Source: Paraspadella gotoi (taxonomy: Eukaryota > Animalia > Chaetognatha). From it: a stretch of DNA of 64,000 bases. The notes under the pieces are model-generated. The model was not told where the DNA came from. It made no database searches and was given only the letters and a program-made list of their open reading frames with translations. The translations under genes and the position numbers were made by a program. This document shows positions 48,800 to 59,799 of the stretch, piece by piece; the first letter of the stretch is position 1, and each line of letters starts with the position of its first letter. The stretch is taken from NCBI GenBank assembly GCA_051294375.1, contig JBJCIZ010000836.1, positions 1-64,000 on the forward strand, read 5' to 3'.

Positions 48800-51700
48800 T
48801 TCATCGTATCTTCCGGCGGCTTGAAGCATCGCGGAAGGATGTGAAAGACCAGGTATTGATGCAGATTGTCGACGAGCGATTTGGCGGCGTCGTGGAAAAC
48901 GCGAGTGGCGCGCTTCCGTTTCCGGAGGTGGGTGCGGGGCGGGGCTGCAGTGGTAACGACGCGGGGGCGACCACGTGTCGCGCCTGCGTGCGGATGCGGG
49001 GGTGCGGATTCGTCGGTGACGACGGGTTTCAGTCGATCGACGGAGATACTTCGACGCCGCGGCCGGTATTCATTTTGAAAGTTTTTGGGCCACGTTCGAG
49101 GACGTTGTAAGGGCCGTCATAGGGCGGTTGGGCGGCGTCGAATGCCACGCGTCGGACATAGACGCGTGTTGACGTCTGCGAATGTTTCCGCGGACATGAG
49201 AAGGCTCGCGCATGCCAAGCGGCGGGCAGAGGGCTGCATGAGAGCGACATCTGCGCGGAGATCGTCGAGGATTCGCGGAGCGAGCGGCTGGCGTCGGCGT
49301 CGTTGTCGGGACTGGAAGTAGCTCGGCCAGGAGCGTCAGCGTCTCGCCAGCGTTAATTCGCGCGGGGAGGCGTCCGAGTCTTCTCGTGGTGTTGCGCGGA
49401 GACTCAGAGAGTCCAAGGGAGTTGCGCCAACCAGTTATTTCCAGCGCGCGTCGCAGCGGGCCCGAGGCCGCTTTCAGCGTCCGATGAAGGCGCTCGACCA
49501 TCCCGTTGGATGGGGTGGTAGGCGTTTCGTCGTGGAAGGGTCAAAGCCGAACTACCGCCGCCACTTGGCGCCCATATTTTCGACGTGAATTGGGCGCCAC
49601 GATCGGTGGTGACGATCGGACGGGACGCCAAAACGCGAAACCCAGTTTTGTAGGAAGGCGGCGGCGACGAGTGCGGCGGAGATTGTCGCAAGTGGTGCCG
49701 CTTCCGGCCAGCGCGTGAAGACGGTCAATCATCGTCAGAAGATGAGTATGACCAGAGACGGCTGGCAGCGGCCCCACCAGGATCGATATGAACGTGAGCG
49801 AAACGTTGGCTGGTGGTTCGAATTTCTGGAATGGCCGCGCGGACGTGGCGCTGCGTCTTGGCGCGCTGACAAGTGTCGCATGACCCTGCCATCGTCCGAT
49901 GTCGGATGAGGCGATGGCCATACAAGCGCGTCGTCACGAGCTTTTTGGATCGCGCGAACTCCCGGTGGGCGATTGCCATGGGTGGCGTCGAAAACGCGCC
50001 GGCGCCATGACGCTGGAACAATGTGGCGGCTCGGGAGCCGTGAGATGTCGCAGCATGAGTGTCGTGTTGCTGATTGGAATGTTTTTGAGTCGGAGCCGCG
50101 TATGAGGGTCGTTTGAGGAGCCGCTGGACATCGTCGTCGGTGGCTTGATCAGCCGCCATTGCCTCAAAGTTGACTTGGAAGGCGCCGACGGCGTTGACGG
50201 TGGCGGCCGATGTCCTCACGCTCTTTTTGCGCGTTCAAGATCGCTTCAGGTTGATCTGTAGGGATTGTCCGCGTGGCGGCGCTGACGGAGGAAGTTGGCG
50301 GGCGGGAAGAGGCATCGGCGACGACGTTCGCCTTTCCGGCGATATGACGGATGTCGCCGGTATTTCGGCGATGCCCGCCAGTTGATAGGTTTGCCTCATG
50401 GTGTGATGCTCGGCCTTTTTCCGCAGCGCCGGCACGGAGCGAGATGTGGTCGCTAAAAAGTGTGAAGCGGCGTCCTTCGACGTATGGGCGGAAATGGCGA
50501 ATTGAGCGTGGGCGGCGAGAAGCTCCTTGTCAAAGGGTGCCATTTCGTTGATTGGGTTTCAGGGCTTTGAATGAAAAACCCAGGGCTGCCATTGGCCCGT
50601 CAACAAGCTGTTCGAGGACGGCGCCTCGACGAGCGACGTCAGGAGGCGTCAACCAGTGGAGCAAGGGGAGGCGCCGTCGATAGGGTGGACCAGCATTTGT
50701 AGAGTCGGCTGAGGGCGTCCTTGATTGCCTGGAAAGCGGCGGTCTTGCGGGGCCGCCCATTTTAGCGCGCGCGGTTTTCCGCGGAGAACTTCAAGAAGGT
50801 CGGTCGAGATGATGTGCGGCGTGGGGCACGAATCGGCAGGTAGTAGTTGAAAACCCCAAGAAAGCGTTGAAGTTCTTTTACAGTAGTGGGCGTGGCCATC
50901 TCGCGTAAGCGCTCTCACCTTTGACGGAAGTGGGCGGACGCCATCTTTGTCGACGTGTAGCAAGAAACTCCAGGCTGGAGGCACCGAAAACGCATTTAGC
51001 GGCGGTTGACAATGAGCGCCGTTGTCGGCGAGCGCGTTGAAGACAGCTTTGAGATCCTCTTGATGCTCTTCGTGTGAGTGGATGCCACAAAGCAGGTCAT
51101 CCAAGTAAGACGAAGACGTGGGGAATTGCGCATAGGACTTTGGTCCATCATGCGTTGGAAATCCGCCGGCGTTTTTCAACCAAATGCATTGAAGAGGAAA
51201 CTCTAAGGGCCGGCCGAACGGCGTAAAGATGATTCGCCGTTTTCATGACATCTTCTTTCGCGACAGGGATCTGATGATATCCCTTTGCAGAGGTCGATCT
51301 TCGAGAAGACTGTCTTCCCGGCGACGTCGGCGTTGAAGTTCCATAGAGTTGGCGGATCGGTAACGGTCATCGACGGTGACGCCGTTGAGACGTCGATAGT
51401 CACCGCAAGGACGAAGAGAGCCGTCGGGTTTCCGAGTGAGTGTAGCGGCGACGCCCAGGCGGCGTTGAGCGCCGGATAATCCCGAGTTCCAGCATTTTTC
51501 TCGAACTCGGCCTTGGCGGCAGCGAGCTGATCTGGGGCGCAAGGGCGGCGGGCCGGGCAAATACGGGCGGACCTTTCGTTGGAATATGATGCTCGACAAC
51601 CGTGCTTTGGTGGTGCCGAGTTTGAAGACAGTTTGGTAGTTTCTGGTCGCCCATCAAAAAGTCCAGAGTAAGGCGTCGCGAACGTGTTAGAACGCGGGGG

Positions 51701-52176
51701 CGGCGCAGCGGCGGCGGCGTCGTGGGCATGGCCGGAAATGACCATGTAGTCATCGAGGTCGAGAGAGAATACGGCGTTGATGTATCAACGCCGAGATGGT
51801 GCTCCATCAAAAGTTCACGCCGAGGAATGGGCGTGGCGACGTCGGCGATGATAACGAGATAGGAAAAACGCGTTTTCCCAATCTAATCCCCATCTCTCGG
51901 ATGCCGAAGGTTTCGATGGGCGTGTCTGTGGTCACGGCGCGGAGTGGCGGGGGATTAGCTAGCGGCGGAGCGCCGCTTTGACAGCGGCGGGGTCCGCTTT
52001 TGGCGCGGCGCGTATCGGACGGGAGGCGGGGATGAGCGCGCCTCGGAACCGCCGTCGACGAGCCACTCCAGGCCGCGTCGGGGTCGCGCACAAAGAAGAG
52101 TTTCGAGTCGTTTTCGGCCGGCGACACGGGCGACTATCGGCCGCCGGCGTTGGCGTTTGACGCGTGCCATGGGCAT
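48800..52176 (-). pseudogene. pol: pol (frameshifted)
   Basis: Fragments EWLVDGGSEA, RKPDGSLRPCGDYRRLN, KTVFSKIDLCKG, YLDDLL, PFDKELLAAH, TTDRGAQF, VERLHRTLKAA and PPYDGPY are spread over different frames. Confidence 0.9.
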
Positions 52177-53382
52177 GGGCGGCCATCGCGGTTAGTCCCG
52201 TGGCATTTGAATGCGTTTGGTGCCAAAGTATATAGTGGTAGAAGCACTTGGCTTCTCCCATGGGCGGTTCGCGGGCTGGCTGAGAGCGGGGCGTCAATGT
52301 TGGGCGCCGTTGCTGCTGCTATGCGCTGCTGCATTGGCGCTGTTGTGATGGGCCGCTGCTGCGAGGAGGGGCGTTGTGTTGCGGCGTGGCGGCGGTCGTC
52401 GTACTGCGTTTGCGTATGAGATGGCAGCAGGTCGTCGTCGCTTGCCGATTCGTCCTTGAATCGCCAGTGGCTCGTCCACTGCGACTTCGATGGAGGTGAC
52501 GGCGTCACCGAGATGAGGGCGATCAGAGGCTTGCGGAGTTGTCCGGAAGGGAGAAAAACTCATCGGCATCTTTGCGATGTCGACGGGCCGTCTTGTCCTT
52601 TCTGACGGCGTGCTCTCGGACGTCTAGAGAGGGCAGGCGGAGCGGCAATATGGGCAGCCTGATGTTGTCGATTGTGAGGCCTTCAAGGACGGCGTCGATC
52701 GCGGAAGGTGCTGAGAAGGTTTTGTGACGCCTTTCAGCGTCGTCATCTTCAGCGCCGTTTGCGGCGCGCGCTGTTGGCATCTTCACCAATATATTTTTTG
52801 CAAGTGGAGAACCAGGTTTTATGAGGCGTTGGGACATCTCGTCGATGCGGAGACCATGTGGAATAAGTCGGTGCGGGGAGATGGGAATGGCGTGAGGATT
52901 AGTGGCCTTCTTCTCGCCGGTCGGTGACGCCGGTGGCGCCAAATCCACAGCGGCGGTGGTCGAGCCATCTTACGATGTGTGTCATGGGTCGAGCGTCGTG
53001 AGTTTTTGGATTCCTCCTTCTTGCCCGTAGTGGGGCTGGAGGAAGGTCGAGGATTGGTTTGGCGTTGCCGCGGGGCGGCGTCGCTGACGCCATCTTCACT
53101 GATGGGGGCAAACTCCGTAGAGGCGGTTGCTGCATCCGCTGAGAGGGAGTTGGTCTTTCGATGACCGAGGCGAGTTTTTCGTTTATTTCAAAATCATGGA
53201 ATAGTTTTTCGATTTGCGTCTCGGTAGACGTCGCGGATGTCGAGGCGGCAGCGTGTGGAAAGCATCGTCGCGGCCGCGCGTCGAGTGGGCATGGCGTTGG
53301 CCGTTGTTACGGGCATCGTTGGTTTCCTCTTCGTCGGCCGGCGTTGCAGGCGTGAGACCTTGGATGATGAGGACGGCGGCAT
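52134..53382 (-). pseudogene. gag: gag (frameshifted)
   Basis: Fragments LPSLDVREHAV, ISYANAVRRPP, KCFYH and ASNANAGGR* match the gag of the plus-strand element. Confidence 0.75.
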
Positions 53383-53700
53383 TTATAAAAAAGATTTAAT
53401 GAAAAAATTTATTTGCGTTAAAAATGATTTTATTTTTTAAAAAAATGATTAGATTTTGAAAAGGAAAAAAAAAGATATTCGTTTGAAAAAATGATTTGAG
53501 TTGAAAACTGGTTTGAAAATTGATTCGAATCGAGATTTTGGAAAAAAAAATAATTTGGCCAAAGAAAAATTAAAAATAAAAAAAAAACGCCGCAAAAGTT
53601 TGTTTCGTTTTCGTGAGTTGTAGTTTTTTCTTTTTCTTTTTGTTTTTTGTTTGTATATTTTTTTGTTTTTGTTTTCGTTTTTTACATCGGCTAAACCACG

Positions 53701-53930
53701 TTGGACCGGCAACAAGTTTCAGAGTAAGTAATGATTTATTCTTCAACAACTTATAAACAATAACAGTCAAAATGCTCAGATGCTAAGTCTATTACAATGG
53801 TATTTACAAAGGTACGTTTGACCTAAAGGTCCACGTTTTTGACCATAAGTAAGTTGGGTGGAATTGAGCGAAGTAAGTGGTAGTCATGTGGTTTGACGAG
53901 GGTTGCGTGTTCTTGATTGTTCGTTCCACA
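53701..53930 (-). repeat. 5' LTR
   Basis: Direct repeat of 48502-48736 with many single-base indels. Confidence 0.85.
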
Positions 53931-53937
53931 ACGTTAA

Positions 53938-54003
53938 AACATAAGTAATTCTGGTCGCGAACATGAGTAATCAGGGACGCGAACATAAGTAATCAAGGTC
54001 GCG
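53938..54003 (+). repeat. Three 22-bp tandem units AACATAAGTAATxxxGGTCGCG
   Basis: Directly visible just outside the LTR. Confidence 0.8.
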
Positions 54004-54401
54004 GTCGCTTTATAAAGAAAATACGACTTTTTGTCGTAGTAATAAAGTTGAGTCGCTAGCATTTTTTTTATCGCGTATTTCGCGAGAACTCGCACGAGGC
54101 AAAGTTACGATGAATCATGGCTCGCGTCTGACGTCAGCAGGGGGCGGTTTTCGTAGGCGGAGCACTGGCCAGTTGCTCAGCCTTGGACTGGAAAGAACGC
54201 CGGCTCCGTGCGATGAAAAAAAAAAAATATCCGGGGCGCCAGAGAAGTGGCGCGGCGACTTCCGGTGGGGCGGGGCGTTTCCAGGCGGCGCCGCCGCACT
54301 CTCAAAGTCGTCGGTAGCCGAGGCTCGCACCCATCTGGCTATCTGGTTGCCAACCGACCTTGATTGTTTATGTTTATTATTCTCTCATTTCTCAGCCGGC
54401 G

Positions 54402-54996
54402 CTAAAGGGCGTTGTCCGCCTCTTTGCGCAACTTTCTCATTGTGCGTCTGTGAACCACGCGACGCGCGGCGCCATCTTCTGGTTCTACTAAATATTCATC
54501 GCCTTTTTATTTATAACAGACGCTCGTTCATATTTTGGGTATAATTTGAACTCAAGCGATTTGACTTTATTCGCCTTTTTTTTGTACAAATTTCGCCAAA
54601 TCAAAACTTTTTCTCCTATTTCATATTCGATTATATTAGTTAAAATTAAACTAGGCGTCGTTTCTATATTACGAGCCCGGCATATTTTATGTAGTAGGGC
54701 CTCAATTCAAAAATTTTTCTCTGCCAAATAACTCTCACTCGAGCCCTCTGGCGGTTCCGCTTCGGCGGTTTGAGAGCAAGGTAAGACCGGATCACGCCCA
54801 TAGAAAAGTTGGTGGGGTGAAACTAGCAAGTCGTTTTCGATCTTTATGGGGGCAAGATTTATCGCCCTTACCACCGAACGCCAAGTTTTAGTCCAAGGCT
54901 GTCCCGATGGTTGTAAACGCCGAAAAAGATCGATTAGGGTAGCGTTAACCTTCTCAGACAAATTCGAATTTTTTTGTGATGGTCTGAAGAAGTTAC
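54402..54996 (-). pseudogene. C-terminal half of a retroviral-type (rve) integrase, not part of the adjacent LTR element
   Basis: Reads VTSSDHH(K)NSNLSEKVNATLIDLFRRL..W..VVRAIN..SPHQLFYGRDPVLP, then YEIGEKVLIW..KLYPKY..V..GDEYLV..VVHRRTMRKL. This reading needs two frameshifts and passes one stop. Confidence 0.7.
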
Positions 54997-55128
54997 AAGT
55001 AAAGTGAGAAGGAAATCTTTCGGGGCCAACTTTAAAACGCGTTTTTGCTGAGACGGAGTCAATTTTTTAATTTGTTTCAAAAAGGGAAAATTTTTTCTGA
55101 ACCTGTCGACGGCCGCGTCGTTGCTCAT
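54997..55128 (-). pseudogene. N-terminal part of a small basic protein resembling a conserved Maverick/Polinton (adintovirus) ORF
   Basis: DRFRKNFPFLKQIKKLTPSQQKRVLKLAPKDFLLTL follows the R-x-K/R-N-h-P-h-L-K-x4-T-P-x-Q-x-K-x-h-L-x2-A-x2-D-h-h-x2-L pattern I recall for Maverick small proteins. TATATAAG lies ~55 bp upstream. Confidence 0.5.
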
Positions 55129-55373
55129 TTTTTTACAAAATACACTTGAGTGAAATAGGGATCTGAGGGTAAAAAGTTACTTATATACTGAATTTTTTGA
55201 TTACCTAGATTATGAATATTTATCAATTTTAGTTGAACTTATCCTGAGCTTTGATATCGTCAAATATTTCGACCAAACTGAGAGGATGGCGAGGTTCCAA
55301 TTGTCGACCCTGGTTAATGAGGGAGGAACGATCTCGTCTCAAATTGCATAAAATTAAATATAAACATTGAGCT

Positions 55374-57890
55374 ATAAAACTTTTTTGCCTCATTTTTTTG
55401 GCTCTGGCCGTCGCCGATCAACCGTGGTTCCGTCGGCAAAATGAATCTCAGAGATTCTACGTTAGTTTATTGTCATAAGTTAATTGGGAATTTAAGTTTG
55501 CGAAAATATTTAAATTAACTATTTTTTCCTTTCTTTCCCTCCCCCCACCTTTTTCAGAATTGTATCGAGAGATATTGCGGCGAAGGAAAGACGGAATGTA
55601 AGCGAAAAGAGAGAGAAAAGAGGAAGAAGCCAACCAACTAACGCCATCTACGTTTTTTCTTTTGTCTCTTGGCAGCCTTCATACGTCGACAGTGTTGGCG
55701 CTTTACCCGCGCCGTGCTAGAGCGCTTTCGTCAGATGCTGTGAGTTTATTTTTTTTCGCCTCGAAATCTTAATCTTTCGCCTCGAATTTTTAATCTTTCG
55801 CCTCAAATTTTTAATGTTTCGCCTTGAATTTTTAATCTTTTGCCTCGAATATTTTTTCATCTCTCAGAGCTCGAGATCGATCCGACGAGGCGACGACGAC
55901 CACGAAGGAGACGACGACGACGGTGAGAAGGACGACGACGGCGAGAAGGATGACGACGACGACGACTTGGCGACCGGCGCCGAGGAGGGTGACGACGACG
56001 ACATCCTGGCGACCGGCGCCGAGGAGGGCGACGACGACGCGGCGACCCGCGCCGAGGAGGACGACGACGCGGCGACCGACGCCGAGGACGACGACGATGC
56101 GGCGACCGGCGCCAAGGACGACGACAACGACGACGACGTGGCGACCAGCGCCGAGAACGACGACGCGGCGATCAACGCCCGTCAATTGGCGTCCGGCGCC
56201 CGTAGATCGGCGTCCAGCGCCTTCGAATCGGCGACCGGCGCCAGAGGTTAGGCGACCGGCGCCAATACCTACTTTTCCATGGCGACCGGCGCCAAGGACG
56301 ACGACAACGACTCGGCGTCCAGCGCCGAGAACGCCGACGACGATACGGCGACCGGCGCCAAGAACAACGCCGCGATCAACGCCCGTCAATTGGCGTCCAG
56401 CGCCTTTGGATCGACGACCAGCGTCCGTAGATGGGCGTCCAGCGCCGGAGGATAGGCGACCGGCGCCAATAGCCACTTTTCCGTGGCGTCCATTGACGAG
56501 GCGACCGGCGCCAAGGACGACGACAACTCGGCATCCAGCACCGAGGCAACCGGCGCCAAGAACGACGACTCGGCGTCCAGCGCCGAGAAGGACGACGACG
56601 ACTCGGCGACCGGCACCGACGACGACGACTAGGCATCCAGCGCCAAGAAGGACGACGACGACTCAGCGACCAGCGCCGGAAGTTCGGCGACCTGCGCCGG
56701 AGGTTTGGCGTCCAGCGCCTTCGACGAGACGACGAGCGCCCGTACCGACTTTCCCATGGCGACCTTCTACACGACGACCAGCGTGGACCAGGAGTGGACG
56801 ACGCCCGCGCCGCCACCGGGGAGAGTATGGGTGGCGAGGACGCCGGCGTCGCTCGTGGCGAAGCCGACTTCGCCAATTTGGGTGGCGCCGTGGCCATCAA
56901 GTTGGCGACGGCGGCGACGAACAACAACAACAGCAAAAACATCATCATCCACATCATCCTCAACAACTACAACATTCTCTACATCAGCCTCCCCAACAAC
57001 CTCCACAACATCCTCTACAATATCCTCCACAATAACCTCTACAACAACCTCTACAACAACCACCTCCATAACATCCTCTACAACAACATCTACATCATTA
57101 ACTCCATTAACCTCTACATCAGCCTCTACAACAGCCTCTACATCATCCCATCCATCAACCTCAGCTTCGTCAACCTCTACATCACTCTCTACTACATCAT
57201 TATCCACTCCATCAACCTCTACATTTCACTCTACAACAACATCATCCACTCAATTGACCTCTACATCATACTCTACAACATCATTCAATCCATCAACCTC
57301 TACATCACACTCTACGACAACATCATCCTCTACAACAACATCATCCAGTTCATCAAGCTTTACATCAACTCGACCCATTACATCATTCAAACTAACTACT
57401 TCAAAAAAGTAAGTTTTCAAAAGTCTAAAAAAAAATTCGCCGCGAAACGCGATTTTTTTGCCACAAATATTTCTAATTTTGCCTCAAATCTTTTTTTTCA
57501 GATTCGAAATTCCGAGAACGATGGCGATGACGACGATGGTGATGACGACGAGAACGAGGGTGGAAGAGGAAGAAGATCAAAGGGCCTTTTGGCAGAGCAG
57601 TTTAATGTGAGTAATAATTGATATTTTAAAATTCCAAAAAAAGAAATTGAAACTAGGATAATGATTTTATATAAAATATCTTGAATATTTGTTTCTACAG
57701 CATCTACATAATAGCTATCGCGAGCGTGGTGGGGGCGCTCGGCGTCTTTGTGGGCGTCGGCGTCGGCGTCGTCTTTAGGCGCCAACTACGGCGCCTTGTG
57801 GACCATGTGCGGCGGCGGCGACGAGGAACTCGAGACGTTGGGGTTTTCGTGGTGGAGGGAGAGGGAGAAGAAAGAAGAGGGAGGGGGTGA
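55374..57890 (+). CDS. Six-exon type I membrane mucin-like glycoprotein (exons 55374-55460, 55558-55597, 55676-55739, 55868-57408, 57502-57606, 57701-57890); ATA at the start position and one frameshift near 56790
   Basis: Signal peptide (I)KLFCLIFLALAVA, a small 3-Cys domain, ~25 RPAP/Thr repeats, a Ser/Thr stalk, TM IIYIIAIASVVGALGVFVGVGVGVVF and an Arg-rich tail. All five GT-AG introns are phase-compatible (0, 1, 2, 2, 2). Confidence 0.75.
55754..55850 (+). repeat. Intronic ~21-bp tandem repeat TTTCGCCTCGAATTTTTAATC
   Basis: Five units fill most of intron 3. Confidence 0.8.
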
Positions 57891-58276
57891 GATTGGGAGA
57901 GTGGGTGAGAGAAGTGAGAGGAGGCGAGGAGAGTGAAAGGGAGGGAGATGGAGAAGGAGAAGAGGAAGAAGAAGAAGAAGAAACTGTTTTTGACAGGAGA
58001 ATTGTATATAATACCATGTAAATATTTTTTGTAGTTTTTTTTTTTAGCTAGGGTTAGTTAGTTTTTCATTGTTATACATTGCTATTTTATATTAAATATC
58101 AAAAGAATTAACTTCTTTTTTTTTTAATTCTTTTTTTTTTAATTCTTTTTTTAATCTACTATTTCAGAAGAAGGATTCACAACCGTTTCACAAATGGATA
58201 ATTCTGATGTATGAATTAAAGAGAAAAGGGATACATTGTTGTAAAAATGTAAATAAATAAATTCTAAAAATATATA

Positions 58277-58315
58277 TGTGGCAGCAACCACACGTGACCT
58301 TCTGTAACCAAACGT

Positions 58316-58357
<42 letters not shown>

Positions 58358-58522
58358 CTCTCGCTCAACATACGATTTTACCAAGTTGTCCTCGTTGTCC
58401 TTACTAGTTCTGTATTGTCTCATTGTTTAGACTTAGCATCTCAAATTGTTAATGTTATTCTTTATTGTTGGAGAATAAATCATTCTCGATCGAAACCTTT
58501 GTCGTAATTATCTCCTGCCACA
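58277..58522 (+). repeat. 5' LTR with an internal (CT)n tract
   Basis: TGTGGCAG...CTGCCACA termini and an internal AATAAA. Confidence 0.95.
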
Positions 58523-58524
58523 CG

Positions 58525-58539
58525 TGGTGAACCCGACGT
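58525..58539 (+). promoter_or_regulatory. Primer binding site (tRNA-Trp)
   Basis: TGGTGAACCCGACGT, 2 nt after the LTR, is complementary to a tRNA-Trp 3' end (ACGUCGGGUUCACCA). Confidence 0.85.
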
Positions 58540-58666
58540 AATTTTTCTCCCTCCTTGAAACGAAAAAATCAAAAACAAAAATGAAACTTTACCTCGCTTT
58601 CGCTCCAAAAGAATAACGACTTTCGCTCGTCCACAAAACGCCAGTCAACTAAGAAGAGTTCCCAAG

Positions 58667-59799
58667 ATGCCCGTCAACACCCGCAACGTCTCTCGGTCCG
58701 AGGCAGCGAGGACGCATTCCACGACGCCGCGACGTCGGCATCGTTGCCGCCAACGTCGCCGCCATGGACCATCGACACCCTCGCGCAAATCGTGATGCAA
58801 TTACATGACGACATGCAAAAACAATTGACCGCCCTCACGGAGAAGGTCAACAAAAATAAGGTGAATTCAAACGACGAGTCGTCCGAGATCCCGCCCTTGC
58901 GACCGGAAGCGACGACTACGACGCCGTCCCCAGAGGCAACGCCATTACAACACGACCAAGAACGCCGAAACTTCCGAGTTTCGACCCAGACAACATCGAC
59001 GAATGGATCGACGCAATTGATAACGCCTTCGAGGTTGCCGACGTTGTCGATCCCCGCGTCAAGAAGGCGCACACGCTCGCGGCGATCCCGACAGATCGCC
59101 ACCGTCATCTCAGTCCAACGCGTCAAACAGGACAAATCACTCAATTCATACACAAATCTAGTAACTCACCTCAAAGAGATCTATGGCGATGGAAAGACAC
59201 AGCGCGCTGCTAAGCTGCTGAAGATGACATCGCTTAAAGGAAGCACTCCCCTCCAGCACCTCGCTGCTCTGAAGTCACAGTGCCAAGGCCTCAAAATCGA
59301 CGACATCCTCAAAGCCCTCCTCGTCGCCTCCCTCCCAACTTCAGTTCGTGACCACGTCCTCAAAGAAGAAGAAGACGTCGATGTCTCGCCAAAAAAAAGC
59401 CAACTTAATTTCTTCACTCCCTCAGGACAGCTCCGCAATCAAACAGCTTCAGTCAACGCCCTGACCTTCACAAGCCCGTTTGAAGACCCAGCGGATGAGC
59501 AGGTTGAGCCACCAGAAGAATTCGCAGATCCAGAGGCCGACACTACGCCCATCTCCTATGCCAACGCCGTCAAGAGGATTTACTCAAGACCGCCGCTACG
59601 CCTGCGGAACCAGCAACAATCACGACGCCAACCACAACAACAACAACGACGTCCACCACCATCGGATTTCCGCACACGAAACCCTCTTCCTCCCGGCGAA
59701 AAGAAGTGCGTCTATCACTATGTCCATGGCCATAAAGCATTCCAATGTGACGGACCGCCGTGCAGCATGGCGTCAAATGCCAACGCCGGCGGCCGCTAG
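58667..59799 (+). CDS. gag: Gag, with apparent frameshifts near 58700, 58955 and 59093
   Basis: ATG at 58667. KLPSFDPDNIDEWIDAIDNAF lies in an alternate frame. The C-terminal knuckle is CVYHYVHGHKAFQCDGPPC. Confidence 0.85.

Larger units (their letters stand above)
48502..53930 (-). mobile_element. Ty3/Gypsy LTR retrotransposon (CsRn1/Kabuki type), full length but riddled with frameshifts
   Basis: LTRs at 48502-48736 and ~53701-53930. ACGT TSD at 48498-48501 and 53931-53934. PPT TGGGGGGATG (minus strand) next to the 3' LTR and a degenerate PBS at ~53684-53698. PR, RT, RH and IN fragments are homologous to the 59760 pol. Confidence 0.93.

Noticed and set aside
56794-57621. 275-aa Asn/Ile/Leu/Tyr-rich ORF and the Asp-rich frame at 55814
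   Set aside because: These are alternate frames of the Thr/Ser-rich exon. Splice phases select the RPAP and Ser/Thr frames.
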